Counted from the stretch's first letter, positions 31,328 to 41,800 are shown. The stretch is DNA of 64,000 bases from an uncultured delta proteobacterium (GCA_963815115.1 CAWFFN010000012.1:480001-544000), one strand, 5' to 3'. The notes: generated from the letters alone by a model not told the origin. Numbers and translations are program-made.

Positions 31328-34159
31328 TCATGGCGCGCAGCCCGGCACGCACTTCATGACGTAGGTATCCTTGTCGGTCGGGGGCTTCGTAGGCTTGAGC
31401 GCCTTCGCAGATGCGGTCACCTTGAATACCCCGGCGCTCTTCTTGCCCTTCTTGCTGACCTTCACGGGAAGGCTGACGTCCTTGAACGCGCCGCACTGCG
31501 CGCCCGTGAGCTGCCCCGGCATGCTCAGCGTGAAGGTCGCGGGGTGCGATTGGAACTTGAGCGTCGCGAGCTCGCTCGGCGGCGTGCAACCAGGAACGGT
31601 CGCACTGTTGATGCAGAGCCGGACCTTCAAGGCGCACACGTTGTTGCATGTGCCGTCCATGTCGCAGGTGGGGTCGCCGTCTGCGCACTCCAGGGTCTTC
31701 GGGTTCTTGAGCGAATGCGTACCCTCGAGGTCCTCAACCACATAGCAGTCGCTCTTCTTGTTCTCGCCGCCAGGAATCACGATGCTGCACGACGCCAGGT
31801 CTGCCACCGTCGTGTGCTGGCATCCCGACCTGGGGTCACAGCTGTCCACGGTGCAGGGATCGCCGTCGTCGCAGTCGAGTGGCGTGCCGGCGGTGCAGAC
31901 GCCAGCGCGACATGTCTCGACACCGTTGCAGATGTTGCCGTCATTGCACGATGCATCCGTGCACTGCGGCGGAGTCGGCGTCGTGGTGGAGGTAGTCGGA
32001 GTGACGGTTGTCGTCGTGGCCGCGGCGGTGGTCGTTGTGAGCGGGCCCTCGGTCGTGGTGGTCGTGGTGCCCGGAAGTGTGGTCGTCGTCGTGGTGGTCA
32101 AGACTGTGGTGACGTCCGTTGCCGTGTTGTTCGCGGTATCGACATCGCCGCCGCCGGAAATGGTCGCCGTGTTGGCTACCGACGCGGGCGCGTTGGCTGC
32201 AACATTCACCGTGATCGTCACCGGCTCGTAACTCGCGCCGGGCGCCAGAGGGTCGCTGCGATTGCAATTGACCATTGCGCCGCTGACGCCGCAGGTCCAG
32301 CCAGCACCAGTGGCCGCCGTCGGCGTGAGGCCCGGTGGAACATCGTCGGTCAGGGTGACGACCCCAATGGTCGAGGGGGTGCCGCTGTTCGTCACCGTGA
32401 CGGTGAACTGCGCTCCGATCTGTCCCTGCGTGAAATTGCCCACGTGACTCTTGGAGATCGTCAGGTCCGGCGCGGGAATGGCGGGCGGCTCGAATCCCGT
32501 CGCGTAGGCGGCCAGCGGGGTGGTCGGTGCCGACTGGTCCGCGACGGCGTAGAACAGGTCGTCGAAGAAGAAGCCCTGGGCGGCCGTGTCGGCGAATGCG
32601 CCAAAGGCACTCGGGGCTGCGCCCGAGCGGAAGTACAGGCGGTTGCTCAGGACATACAGGGAGCCAAGAAAGTCGCGGAAGCCCTCGAAGGTGCCGAAGG
32701 TCATGCCGCCGAGGGGATTGGCGAGTGGGACTCCATCCAGGGCGTATCCGACGGTGTCGTTCGCCGGCCCGTCGGTGAAGGTGGCGACGATGTCGAGGCG
32801 GTGGTAGACGCCGCGTGAGATTCCCGTGGCGATGATTTGGGTGGGACGGAAGCTGCCGGTCGCTCCGTCAGGCTCACTTGCCCGAAGCTGCAGACCGCCG
32901 TCAGCGCCGTCGGCTCGGTTCGTCACCGCCAGGAAGTTGTTGCGGTCATCGCCGGCGGCGCTCCCGAGATCGATCTCCATGTTGGAGCCATCGGCTGACG
33001 CACTCGCGGAGCGGAACCACAGCGTCGCGGTGAACTGATCGGCGCCGGCCCCGGATGACGGCTGGCCGGCGGACACCGGAAGGCCCGGACTGAACACCCA
33101 CCCGGCGAAGTTCCCGTTGTAATTGCCCAACGACGTGTTGTTCGAGATCCGCCAGGCTCCCGTCCCGGTGCGTTGGTTGAGACCGGTCAGGTCAACGGCC
33201 TGGTCGACGCTCGCGGCGATCGGGATCGTTCCGCCGGACCAGCCTTCCTGGCCCTGGATCGAACCGGCGGAGTAGCCCGGCTCGAACCCCGTCGCGTAGG
33301 CGGCCAGCCGGAGGGCCGGTGCCGACTGGTCCGCGACGGCGTAGAACAGGTCGTCGAAGAAGAAGCCCTGGGCGGCCGTGTCGGCGAATGCGCCAAAGGC
33401 ACTCGGGGCTGCGCCCGAGCGGAAGTACAGGCGGTTGCTCAGGACATACGGGGAGCCAAGAAAGTCGCGGAAGCCCTCGAAGGTGCCGAAGGTCATGCCG
33501 CCGAGGGGATTGGCGAGTGGGACTCCATCCAGGGCGTATCCGACGGTATCGTTCGCCGGCCCGTCGGTGAAGGTGGCAACGATGTCGAGGCGGTGGTAGA
33601 CGCCGCGTGAGATTCCCGTGGCGATGATTTGGGTGGGACGGAAGTTACCGGTCGCTCCGTCGGGCTCACTTGCCCGAAGCTGCAGACCGCCGTCAGCGTC
33701 GGCCCGGTTCGTCACCGCCAGGAAGTTGTTGCGGTCATCGCCGGCAACGCTCCCGAGATCGATCTCCATGTTGGAGCCATCGGCTGCCGCACTCGCGGAG
33801 CGGAACCACAGCGTCGCGGTGAACTGATCGGCGACGGCCCCGGATGACGGCTGGCCAGCGGACACCGGGAGGCCCGGGCCGAACACCCACCCGGCGAAGT
33901 TCCCGTTGTAGTTGCCCAACGAAGTGTTGTTCGAGATCCGCCAGGCTCCCGTCCCGGTGCGTTGGTTGACACCGGATTGGTCGACGACCTGGTCGATGCT
34001 CGGGGAGACCGGGAGCGTTCCGCCGGACCAGCCATCCTGGCCCTCGATCGAACGGGCGGACATGGACATGGCCTCGATGACGGTTCCGATCGTAGCCGGG
34101 AGCAGACCGGCGATCAGGACGATCGCCACCAGAAGGCGGACTTGACGGCGTTGAGTCAT
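31328..34159 (-). CDS. Large secreted multidomain protein: two duplicated ~260-aa beta domains, DUF11-like Ig domain, Thr linker, Cys-rich repeats, Cys-rich C-terminal domain
   Basis: Signal-like MTQRRQVRLLVAIVLIAGLLPA; APDLTISKSH...FTVTVTNSG; poly-Thr; CNDGNICNGVETC and CDDGDPCTVDSCDP. Confidence 0.85.
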   Translation of the reverse strand: MTQRRQVRLLVAIVLIAGLLPATIGTVIEAMSMSARSIEGQDGWSGGTLPVSPSIDQVVDQSGVNQRTGTGAWRISNNTSLGNYNGNFAGWVFGPGLPVSAGQPSSGAVADQFTATLWFRSASAAADGSNMEIDLGSVAGDDRNNFLAVTNRADADGGLQLRASEPDGATGNFRPTQIIATGISRGVYHRLDIVATFTDGPANDTVGYALDGVPLANPLGGMTFGTFEGFRDFLGSPYVLSNRLYFRSGAAPSAFGAFADTAAQGFFFDDLFYAVADQSAPALRLAAYATGFEPGYSAGSIQGQEGWSGGTIPIAASVDQAVDLTGLNQRTGTGAWRISNNTSLGNYNGNFAGWVFSPGLPVSAGQPSSGAGADQFTATLWFRSASASADGSNMEIDLGSAAGDDRNNFLAVTNRADGADGGLQLRASEPDGATGSFRPTQIIATGISRGVYHRLDIVATFTDGPANDTVGYALDGVPLANPLGGMTFGTFEGFRDFLGSLYVLSNRLYFRSGAAPSAFGAFADTAAQGFFFDDLFYAVADQSAPTTPLAAYATGFEPPAIPAPDLTISKSHVGNFTQGQIGAQFTVTVTNSGTPSTIGVVTLTDDVPPGLTPTAATGAGWTCGVSGAMVNCNRSDPLAPGASYEPVTITVNVAANAPASVANTATISGGGDVDTANNTATDVTTVLTTTTTTTLPGTTTTTTEGPLTTTTAAATTTTVTPTTSTTTPTPPQCTDASCNDGNICNGVETCRAGVCTAGTPLDCDDGDPCTVDSCDPRSGCQHTTVADLASCSIVIPGGENKKSDCYVVEDLEGTHSLKNPKTLECADGDPTCDMDGTCNNVCALKVRLCINSATVPGCTPPSELATLKFQSHPATFTLSMPGQLTGAQCGAFKDVSLPVKVSKKGKKSAGVFKVTASAKALKPTKPPTDKDTYVMKCVPGCAP
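32486..34051. repeat. Intragenic tandem duplication, period 789-792 bp (copies about 32486-33262 and 33278-34051)
   Basis: Long identical nucleotide runs; shadow ORFs at 32527 and 33319 and at 32586 and 33378 are nearly identical; one-codon indel (ADADGG versus ADGADGG). Confidence 0.95.
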
Positions 34160-34545
34160 CGCGCTCCCTCCAGCTCGACGTTCGCCGTTGCCCCGATCGT
34201 GACGATGTCGAGGTTGGGGGTCAGCGGCAGCGGCGGCGGCGGCGCCTGAATCGTGGTGGTCGCCGCGTCCGCGCCAACCAGCTTGAGCTCCGTATCGATC
34301 GTGACCTGCTCGGTATAGGTCCCCGCAGCGACGTTGACTGTGTCGCCGGAACACATGGCCCCAGCGTCTGCGTCCACGGCATGCTGTATCGTCAAGCAGG
34401 GGCTGCTTGAGGTGCGACAATCGTTCGATCCGTCAGTGCCCGTCGCTGCGTCGACGAAGCGTGGCTCGCATTGGGCGTACGCCGAGGCCGCCACGAGCAT
34501 CAGAAGACCCGGAAGCACTGCCAGCCGACGTGGGAAAGAAGACAT
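34156..34545 (-). CDS. Short secreted protein resembling only the N-terminal cap of a beta-helix (pectin-lyase-like) protein; probably truncated
   Basis: Signal peptide ending AYA; FVDAATGTD...PCLTIQHAVD...GDTVNVAAGTYTEQVTI...LKLVG; stops after about 129 aa. Confidence 0.7.
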   Translation of the reverse strand: MSSFPRRLAVLPGLLMLVAASAYAQCEPRFVDAATGTDGSNDCRTSSSPCLTIQHAVDADAGAMCSGDTVNVAAGTYTEQVTIDTELKLVGADAATTTIQAPPPPLPLTPNLDIVTIGATANVELEGAR

Positions 34546-34822
34546 CGAGGATCCCTCCCGGGCGGCTGCCCAGACCGCCCTAGCTCCGAGCCAGTCACCT
34601 CGGGCCTCGCACCGTGCCGGTCGATTGTCAATCCCCCTCCTTGGATGATTCATTCCCAAGACTGCTGACGATCTACCTGGCAGAAATCAGCCAAACCGCA
34701 GCCGCATGTCATCGATGAAGGGCTAGTCGAAGGTTCGTGCGCCGCTTCCCTCCTCGAGGACCGGCGGTCGAACGATCGCTTGAGTTGACGCGGTAGCGCG
34801 CGCCGCGTCACAACCCGGTCAC

Positions 34823-36529
34823 ATGGCGACGACGCTGTACGTCGGTGGTCGTATACGACCCTGCGACGGCACGACCGAGTCGGCCGAAGCGCTGGTCGAG
34901 CGCGACGGTCGCATCGTCGGCGTCGGCGCGCGGCACGACATGGAGCGGATCGCCGGCGCGAACGCCGAGCGGATCGACGTCCGCGGTGCGACCATCCTGC
35001 CCGGGCTCGTCGACACGCACCCGCATGTTCTCCACTTCGGCGTCTTCTCGTATCCCCTGGTCGACCTGGCGGACGCCCGATCGCACGACGACATCGTCGA
35101 GCGCGTGCGGGCACGCGCCGCGACCACACCGCCGGGGGAGTGGATCATGGCCACGCCCGTCGGCGAGCCGCACTACTTCGTGCGCCGCTCCTGGAAGGAC
35201 CTCGCCGAGGGCAGCCTGCCCGATCGCGGCGTCCTCGATCGCGCCACCACCGACCACCCCGTCTTCGTCCAGGCGTGGGCGCCCGTGCTCCCGAACGTCT
35301 GTGCGCTGAACTCGCGCGGCCTCGAGCGGCTGCGCATCGGACGGGAGACGGCCGATCGGGTCGAGCACGTCTGGATCGAGAAGGATGCGGCGGGCGAGCC
35401 AACCGGCATCCTGCGCGGCTCGGTCAACAACTACTACACCAACGATCCGTACATGAACGCCCTGCTCCGCGAGGTGCCGCTCCTGCAGCCGGAAGCCGTG
35501 CTCCCTGCGACGCGGCAGGCGATGGCGGCCTACAACCGGCTCGGCGTGACGACGGTGTACGAGGGGCACGCCATGGGCAACGCCGAGATCGGCGCGTATC
35601 GCGCACTGCGCGCCGACGGGGAGCTGACCCTGCGGGTGCTGACGACCCTGGAAGCCGAGTCGTACGGGCTGCCGTGGACGCAGCCGCTCTCCATGGCCGA
35701 GTTCCGCGAGAACCTGGAGGCCGCGCTGGCGATGACGGACACCGTCGACGACCTCCTGCGCCACCGGGGCGTCACGTTGTCGCGCGGCGGCCCCTGCTGG
35801 CCGGGGTTCCTGCGCATGTACGAAGCGTATCGCGGGCCCTACGGCGAGCCGACGACCGGCGTCACCTTCGTCGGGGAGGACAAGGAGCAAGCCGCGCTCG
35901 ACTTCTGCGCCGAGCGCGGCCTGCGCCTCAACTTCATCGGCGCCGGCTACCGCGACCACGACGAGTTCCTCGACCGTGCGGAGGGCGTCGCGCGCCGCAT
36001 GCCCGGCGCCAGCCGCGGCTGGATACTGCAGCACGTCTTCTTCCTCACCGAGCGCGCGGCGCGGCGCTACGCCTCCCTCGGCTTCGACGTCACGACCAGC
36101 CTCTCGTTCACCTGGGGCAAGGGCGACATGTTCGTCGAGCGCATCGGCGAGCACGTGCTGCCCGACCTGATCCCGCTGCGACGCATGCTCGACGCGGGCC
36201 TGGTGGTCGCGTGCGGAAGCGACTGGGGCCCGAAGAACGTCTTCGAGCACCTCGCCCTCGCCGAGACACATCGTTTCTGCGGCAGCGGGCGGCGGAACGA
36301 CGGTCCCGCGCAGCGCGTGACTCGCGAGGAAGCGCTCCGCATGTGGACGACCGACGCCGCGCGCGTGCTCGGCTGGGACGGTGTGGGGACGCTCCGATCA
36401 GGGAGCCACGCCGACCTGATCGTCGTCGATCGCGACCCGCTCACCTGCCCGTCGGAGCAGCTCGCGGACGCGCGGGTGCTCCGCACGGTGCTGGGCGGGC
36501 GCGCGGTCTGGGACTCGGGCGCGCTCTGA
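34823..36529 (+). CDS. Amidohydrolase_3 (YtcJ-like) metal-dependent hydrolase
   Basis: PGLVDTHPH, GEPTGIL, GSDWGP, G.L..G..ADLIVVDRDP. Confidence 0.9.
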   Translation: MATTLYVGGRIRPCDGTTESAEALVERDGRIVGVGARHDMERIAGANAERIDVRGATILPGLVDTHPHVLHFGVFSYPLVDLADARSHDDIVERVRARAATTPPGEWIMATPVGEPHYFVRRSWKDLAEGSLPDRGVLDRATTDHPVFVQAWAPVLPNVCALNSRGLERLRIGRETADRVEHVWIEKDAAGEPTGILRGSVNNYYTNDPYMNALLREVPLLQPEAVLPATRQAMAAYNRLGVTTVYEGHAMGNAEIGAYRALRADGELTLRVLTTLEAESYGLPWTQPLSMAEFRENLEAALAMTDTVDDLLRHRGVTLSRGGPCWPGFLRMYEAYRGPYGEPTTGVTFVGEDKEQAALDFCAERGLRLNFIGAGYRDHDEFLDRAEGVARRMPGASRGWILQHVFFLTERAARRYASLGFDVTTSLSFTWGKGDMFVERIGEHVLPDLIPLRRMLDAGLVVACGSDWGPKNVFEHLALAETHRFCGSGRRNDGPAQRVTREEALRMWTTDAARVLGWDGVGTLRSGSHADLIVVDRDPLTCPSEQLADARVLRTVLGGRAVWDSGAL

Positions 36530-36547
36530 CGAGGCCGGCGGAAGCGC

Positions 36548-37463
36548 TCAGGCGGCCGCCCGCGTGACGCCCGGCGGCGGCGACGATCCCGGGAACAGCT
36601 CGGGATGCACGAGGGGCGCGAGCAGCTCGAGGCTGTCGACCAGGCGCGGGCCCGGCCGGCTGAAGTACGCCGAGCCGTCGACCACCCAGACCTCGCGGCT
36701 CTGCACGGCGGGCAGCTCCGGAAACCCGGAATATCGCCGGAGGATGGGCAGATCGCGCAGCGTGCGTGCGACGTCGAAGCCGCAGCACGCGATCACCAGC
36801 ACCTCGGGTGCGGCGGCGCGTACCGCCTCCCACTCGATCTCGGCGGCGTCCTCGCCGCCGCGGCCGACGGGGTCGATGCCCCCCGCGATCGTGCACCAGC
36901 TCGGGTCCCCAGTGGCCGCTGCGAAACGGCGGCGCGATCCACTCCAGCAGCACGCAGCGCCGCCGCGGGGCCGGCCCGCAGCGGGCCCGCACGCGCTCGA
37001 CGCGGGCCTGCAGCTCTGCGACCAGGGTCGCCGCGCGCTCCGGCACCCCGAGCGCAGTCCCCACCCGCCGGACGTCCTCGAACACGTCGGCGAGCGTCTG
37101 CGGCTCGAGGTTCACGACTGCGGGAGGCCCCGGCAGGGTGGCGGCGAACGCCGTGACGCTGTCGTAGCCGACGGCGCACACGTCGCACAGCCGCTGCGTG
37201 ATGATGACCTCCGGGGCCAGGCGGCGCATCAGCTCCTCGTCCATGGTGTAGAGGGTGCCGGTCCGCGCCAGCTCGGTCTTCACCCAGCGGTCGATGTCCG
37301 CGCTGTCGAGCGCGTTGCCGTGGATGGCGCAGCGAGTGACGCGGGGCTTCCGGTTCACCTCGACCGGATGGTCGCACTCGTGGCTGACGCCGACCAGATC
37401 ATCGAGCATTCCGAGCGCTGCGACGATCTCGGTCGCGGCCGGCAGAAGCGAGACGATCCGCAC
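36548..37463 (-). CDS. Cobalamin/Fe-siderophore-type periplasmic-binding family protein (BtuF-like); frameshift near 36893
   Basis: RIVSLLPAATEI, GVSHECDHP, LCDVCAV, LEWIAPP..SGHW, then in another frame CCGFD...DGSAYFSRPGPRLVD. Confidence 0.85.
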
Positions 37464-37549
37464 GAGGCCGTCGTAGCAGGGCAGCACGCCGCAGCCAATG
37501 CCGAGCTTTCGCCGTCGCGACGCCTGCGCGATCGCGATAAGGAGGGGCG

Positions 37550-40500
37550 ATGGCCGCTGGACCGCGCGTGCTGGTCACCGCCGATGCGGCCAGCCGCCTC
37601 GCCGCCGCCGCGGCCTGGCTCGACGCGCTCGGACCGGACTCCGAGGCGCTCGTCATCGCGGCGAGCTGGGAGGCCTGCGACGACCTGGTGCGGGGCACGC
37701 TCGGGGCGTCCGGCGCGCGTTTCGGGGTCGTGCGCACCACGCTGGGGCGGCTCGCCACGCAGCTGGCGGCGCCCAGGCTGGCCGCTGACGGCAGGGCCCC
37801 GGTCACGGACCTCGGCCTCCTCGCCGTCGCGGCCAGGGCGGTGCACCGGCTCAATGCCGAGTCGGCCCTCGGCTACTTCGGTCCCGTCGCCGACCGGCCC
37901 GGCTTCACGCCCGCGCTCGCGCGCACGCTCGAGGAGCTGGCGATGAACCGGGTCACTGCGGAGAGGCTCCGCAGGCTGTCGCACGGCGGACCCGACCTGG
38001 CGCAGCTCGCCGAGGCGGTTGCTGCGGAGCTGGCGCGTGACGGCCTCGCCGATCGGGCCACGGTCTTTGCCGCGGCCGTCACCGCGGTGAACGAGGCGCG
38101 CGCGCCGCACCCGGTCGGCCTGCCGGTCGTTCTCCTCGACGTCCCGCTCGCGTGCGAGGCCGAGGAGGCGCTGGTCGCCGCGCTGGCGCACCGCGTTCCG
38201 GTCGTTCTCGCGACTGCCGCGGAGGGGGACGAGACCAGCATCTCGCGACTCCGGCGCGCCCTCGGCTGCGCCCCCGAGCGGCGGGCCGGCGGCGGAAGCG
38301 GATCGCTCGGCGCACTCCAGCGTCATCTCTTCGCCACCGACACGCCGATGGTGGAGCCTCTGGACGACGGGGTCCGGCTCACGGCGTGGCCCGGCGAGGC
38401 ACGCGAGTGCGTCGAGATCGCCCGCCAGATCCAGGAGGAGGCGGCACACGGCACGCCCTTCGATCGCCTGGCGGTGTTGCTGCGCGCGCCGGGCGACTAC
38501 ATCGCGCATCTCGAGGAGGCCTTCGGGCGTGCCGCCATCCCCTTCTTTCTCGCTCGCGCCGCGAAGCGGCCCCATCCGGCCGGCCGGGCACTGCTGGCGC
38601 TGCTCGCCTGTGCGGCCGAAGGATTGTCTGCGCGCCGGTTCGCCGAGTACCTGTCGCTGGCGCAGGTCCCCGATCCTGATGCACCCCTCGATCCGGAGTC
38701 GTCGTGGACTCCGCCGGAGAACGACGTGGTCCCGCCGCCCGAGGAAGCCGAGGGGCCCGAGCTGGAGGAGCTGGTCGCGGATCCGGAAGCGGCGCCGGTC
38801 GTGGCGGGCGCCCTGCGGACGCCGGCGCGCTGGGAGCGGCTGCTCGTGGAGGCCGCCGTCATCGGAGGGCGGGAGCGCTGGGCGCGACGCCTTGCCGGTC
38901 TCGGGGCGGATCTCGGGCGCCGGAGGGCAGAGGTGGGCGACGAGGACGAGGCGCGCGCCAAGCGTCTCGACCAGGACATGCTGACCCTCGGTCACCTGCG
39001 TGCCTTCGCCCTCCCGCTGATCGACCGCCTCGCCGGCCTTCCCCAGTCCGGAAACTGGAGCGAGTGGCTGGAGCACTTGCGCGCGCTCGCCACCGCGGCG
39101 CTCCGCGAATCCCAGCCCGTCCTGCGCGCGCTGGCGGAGCTCGAGCCCATGGCGCCCGTCGGCCCCGTCGAGCTGGACGAGGTGCAGATCGTTCTCGGTC
39201 CCCGCCTCCGTGATCTGACCGAGCCGCCGCCGCGTCGGCGCTACGGTCGCGTGTTCATCGGCACGACGCGAGCGGCACGCGGCATGGCGTTCGACGTCGT
39301 CTTCGTTCCCGGCCTGGCCGAGAACGTCTTCCCCGGGAAGATACTGGAGGACCCGCTGCTGCTCGACGAGCAGCGGCGGGCGCTCGCATCACCGGCCCTG
39401 CTGATCGAGCCCGGACGCGCCGAAGCCGAGCGGCTCGAGCTCCGGCTGGCTGTGGGTGCGGCGCGCCGCCGGGTGTGGCTGTCGTACCCTCGTGTCGACG
39501 TCGAGAAAGCGCGTCCGCGCGTGCCCTCCTTCTATGCCCTCGAGGTGTTGAAGGCAGCCGAGGGCCGGCTGCCCGGACTCGACGCGCTCACACGCGGAGC
39601 CGAGCAGGCGGCAGGCGCCAGGCTCGGCTGGCCCGCGCCGGCAGATCCGCGCATCGCCATCGACGAGGCCGAGTACGATCTCGCGCTCCTGGCCCCGCTC
39701 CTGGAGGCCGACCCGGAGACGACCGCCGGCACCGCGTTCTACCTCCTCGGGGCGAACCCTCACCTGGCCCGCGCCCTTCGCGCACGAGGACGGCGCTGGC
39801 TGCGGAGCTGGAAGGCGGCCGATGGTCTCGTCGATCCCGACGAGCTCGCGCGCGCCGCGCTTGCGCGTCATCAGATGACCGAGCGAGCCTACTCGCCGAC
39901 GGCGCTCCAGCTCTTCGCAGCCTGCCCGTACCGCTTCTTCCTCCAGGCGATCCAGAGGCTGGCGCCGCGCGAGGAGCCCGAGGCCATCGACGTGCTCGAT
40001 CCGCTGACTCGCGGTGCGCTCTTCCACGACGTGCAGTTCGGGGTGCTGGGCAGGCTGCGCGACGCCGGGCTGCTGCCGGTGCGTCCCGCCGGCCTCGAGC
40101 AAGCGTTCGAGGTGCTCGACGCGGTGCTCGACGCCGAGGAGACACGGGCAAGCGAGCAGCTCGCGCCGGCCATCCCGCGAGTCTGGAAGAACGAGATCGA
40201 CGGCCTGCGCGCCGATCTGCGCGAGTGGCTGCGGCGTTCGGCATCGGACGAGAGCGGCTGGGTCCCGGAGCGCTTCGAGCTCTCGTTCGGGCTGCCTCCT
40301 GGCGACCGCGAGCACCGCGACCCGTCGAGCGTGAGCGACGCCGTGCCGGTGAGCGGGCCGCTGGTGCTGCGCGGATCCATCGACCTGGTGGAGCGACGGG
40401 CGGACGGTTCCCTGCGGGTCACCGACCACAAGACCGGGAAGGTGCGCGCCAAAGAAGGGGTGATCGTGGGCGGTGGACAGGTCCTCCAGCCCTTGCTGTA

Positions 40501-40807
40501 CGCGCTCGCCTGCCATCGCATCCTCGGTGAGCCGGTGGTCGCCGGGCGGCTCTACTACTGCACGGCCACGGGCGACTACGCCGAGCGTTCCGTGCCGCTC
40601 GATGCTGCGGCCCGCAAGGCCATCGAGGCGGTCGTCTGGACGGTGGACGACGCGCTGCACCAGGGCTTCCTGCCCGCGATGCCGGAGAGCGGAGGCTGCG
40701 AGTACTGCGACTACCGCCGGGTGTGCGGACCGTACGAGGAGATCCGCACGCAGCGGAAGGCCCGAACCAGGGTGGAGGCGCTGTTGAAGTTACGCGAAAT
40801 GCCATAG
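37550..40807 (+). CDS. addB: AddB-like recombination subunit: inactive helicase plus PD-(D/E)XK nuclease with Fe-S cysteines
   Basis: SPTALQLFAACPYRFF, RGSIDLVE, TDHKTG, QPLLY, CEYCDYRRVC. Confidence 0.8.
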   Translation: MAAGPRVLVTADAASRLAAAAAWLDALGPDSEALVIAASWEACDDLVRGTLGASGARFGVVRTTLGRLATQLAAPRLAADGRAPVTDLGLLAVAARAVHRLNAESALGYFGPVADRPGFTPALARTLEELAMNRVTAERLRRLSHGGPDLAQLAEAVAAELARDGLADRATVFAAAVTAVNEARAPHPVGLPVVLLDVPLACEAEEALVAALAHRVPVVLATAAEGDETSISRLRRALGCAPERRAGGGSGSLGALQRHLFATDTPMVEPLDDGVRLTAWPGEARECVEIARQIQEEAAHGTPFDRLAVLLRAPGDYIAHLEEAFGRAAIPFFLARAAKRPHPAGRALLALLACAAEGLSARRFAEYLSLAQVPDPDAPLDPESSWTPPENDVVPPPEEAEGPELEELVADPEAAPVVAGALRTPARWERLLVEAAVIGGRERWARRLAGLGADLGRRRAEVGDEDEARAKRLDQDMLTLGHLRAFALPLIDRLAGLPQSGNWSEWLEHLRALATAALRESQPVLRALAELEPMAPVGPVELDEVQIVLGPRLRDLTEPPPRRRYGRVFIGTTRAARGMAFDVVFVPGLAENVFPGKILEDPLLLDEQRRALASPALLIEPGRAEAERLELRLAVGAARRRVWLSYPRVDVEKARPRVPSFYALEVLKAAEGRLPGLDALTRGAEQAAGARLGWPAPADPRIAIDEAEYDLALLAPLLEADPETTAGTAFYLLGANPHLARALRARGRRWLRSWKAADGLVDPDELARAALARHQMTERAYSPTALQLFAACPYRFFLQAIQRLAPREEPEAIDVLDPLTRGALFHDVQFGVLGRLRDAGLLPVRPAGLEQAFEVLDAVLDAEETRASEQLAPAIPRVWKNEIDGLRADLREWLRRSASDESGWVPERFELSFGLPPGDREHRDPSSVSDAVPVSGPLVLRGSIDLVERRADGSLRVTDHKTGKVRAKEGVIVGGGQVLQPLLYALACHRILGEPVVAGRLYYCTATGDYAERSVPLDAAARKAIEAVVWTVDDALHQGFLPAMPESGGCEYCDYRRVCGPYEEIRTQRKARTRVEALLKLREMP

Positions 40808-40862
40808 ATGCCGCCGCACTGCGGACCGTAACCCTCGACGAACAGCGCTGTTGGACCTGGGC

Positions 40863-41153
40863 ATGAAGAAGACGATCCTGGCGACTGCGATCCTGGCACT
40901 GGTTGCCCTGGCCGCTCCTCGGCCCGCTGCTGCCGAGGTGTCCTTCTTCTTCGGACTCCCGGGCGTCTCGGTATACGGTGGGCCCCCGGTCGTCTACGCG
41001 CCGCCCGCGTACGCACCGCCGATCTACGCACCGCCGGTCTACTATGGTTACGGCCGCCCCTACTATGCCCCGGCGTACTACGGCCGCTACTACAGGGGCT
41101 GGGGACCGGGACGTGGATGGCACCGCGGCTGGTACAAGCACGGCTGGCACTGA
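40863..41153 (+). CDS. Small secreted Pro/Tyr/Gly-rich protein
   Basis: Signal peptide; YAPP repeated three times; G/W/H-rich tail. Confidence 0.8.
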   Translation: MKKTILATAILALVALAAPRPAAAEVSFFFGLPGVSVYGGPPVVYAPPAYAPPIYAPPVYYGYGRPYYAPAYYGRYYRGWGPGRGWHRGWYKHGWH

Positions 41154-41326
41154 GGTAGGGGAGTACCTCGCCAGCCAACCGCTCGGCCGTCCGCGGGGGC
41201 CGGGCACCAGGCTGGACAGCGAGGCCGGATCGCTCTAGCGTCCGGCCCGTGCCGCGTCGGAGCCGGAGTGGTTGGGCGCGCATGCTATGCGCGCTGTCGG
41301 CGCTCGGCCTTCTCGGAGGAACCGCG

Positions 41327-41791
41327 ATGGGCTTCGAGCTGAAGAGCGCCGCATTCGCGGCGGGCGGAGACATCCCGAAGAAGCACACCTGTGACGGACC
41401 GGATGTTTCGCCAGCGCTCGAGTGGACGACACCGCCAGCCGGCACGAAGGCGCTGGCTCTCGTGTGCGAGGATCCCGACGCGCCCGCCGGGCTCTGGGTA
41501 CACTGGGTGGTGTGGGGCATCCCGCCGGCGACGACGGCCTTGCCCGAGGGGATGAAGCGAGACGGCACGCTTTCCGACGGGAGCCGTCAGGGGCGGAACG
41601 ACTTCGGAAAGCTCGGCCACAACGGGCCGTGCCCGCCGCCCGGAAAGGCGCACCGCTACTACTTCAAGCTCTACGCGCTCGACGGCGTCCCGCAGCTCGA
41701 CCCCGGTGCGACGCGCGCGCAGCTGCTCGACGCGATGCGCGGCCACATCATCGGCGAGGCCGAGCTGATGGGCCGCTACGGCCGTTCCTGA
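41327..41791 (+). CDS. YbhB/YbcL (PEBP, Raf kinase inhibitor-like) protein
   Basis: DPDAP..WVHWV, GPCPP, HRYYFKLYALD; GGAGGA RBS. An upstream start at 41249 or 41282 is possible. Confidence 0.92.
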   Translation: MGFELKSAAFAAGGDIPKKHTCDGPDVSPALEWTTPPAGTKALALVCEDPDAPAGLWVHWVVWGIPPATTALPEGMKRDGTLSDGSRQGRNDFGKLGHNGPCPPPGKAHRYYFKLYALDGVPQLDPGATRAQLLDAMRGHIIGEAELMGRYGRS

Positions 41792-41800
41792 CGCCCGCAC

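Noticed and set aside
31975-32115. Short GTG/GTC-type repeats, also at about 60870-60940 and 40990-41040
   Set aside because: They encode Thr-rich linkers or YAPP peptide repeats. There is no repeat-spacer structure, so they are not CRISPR.
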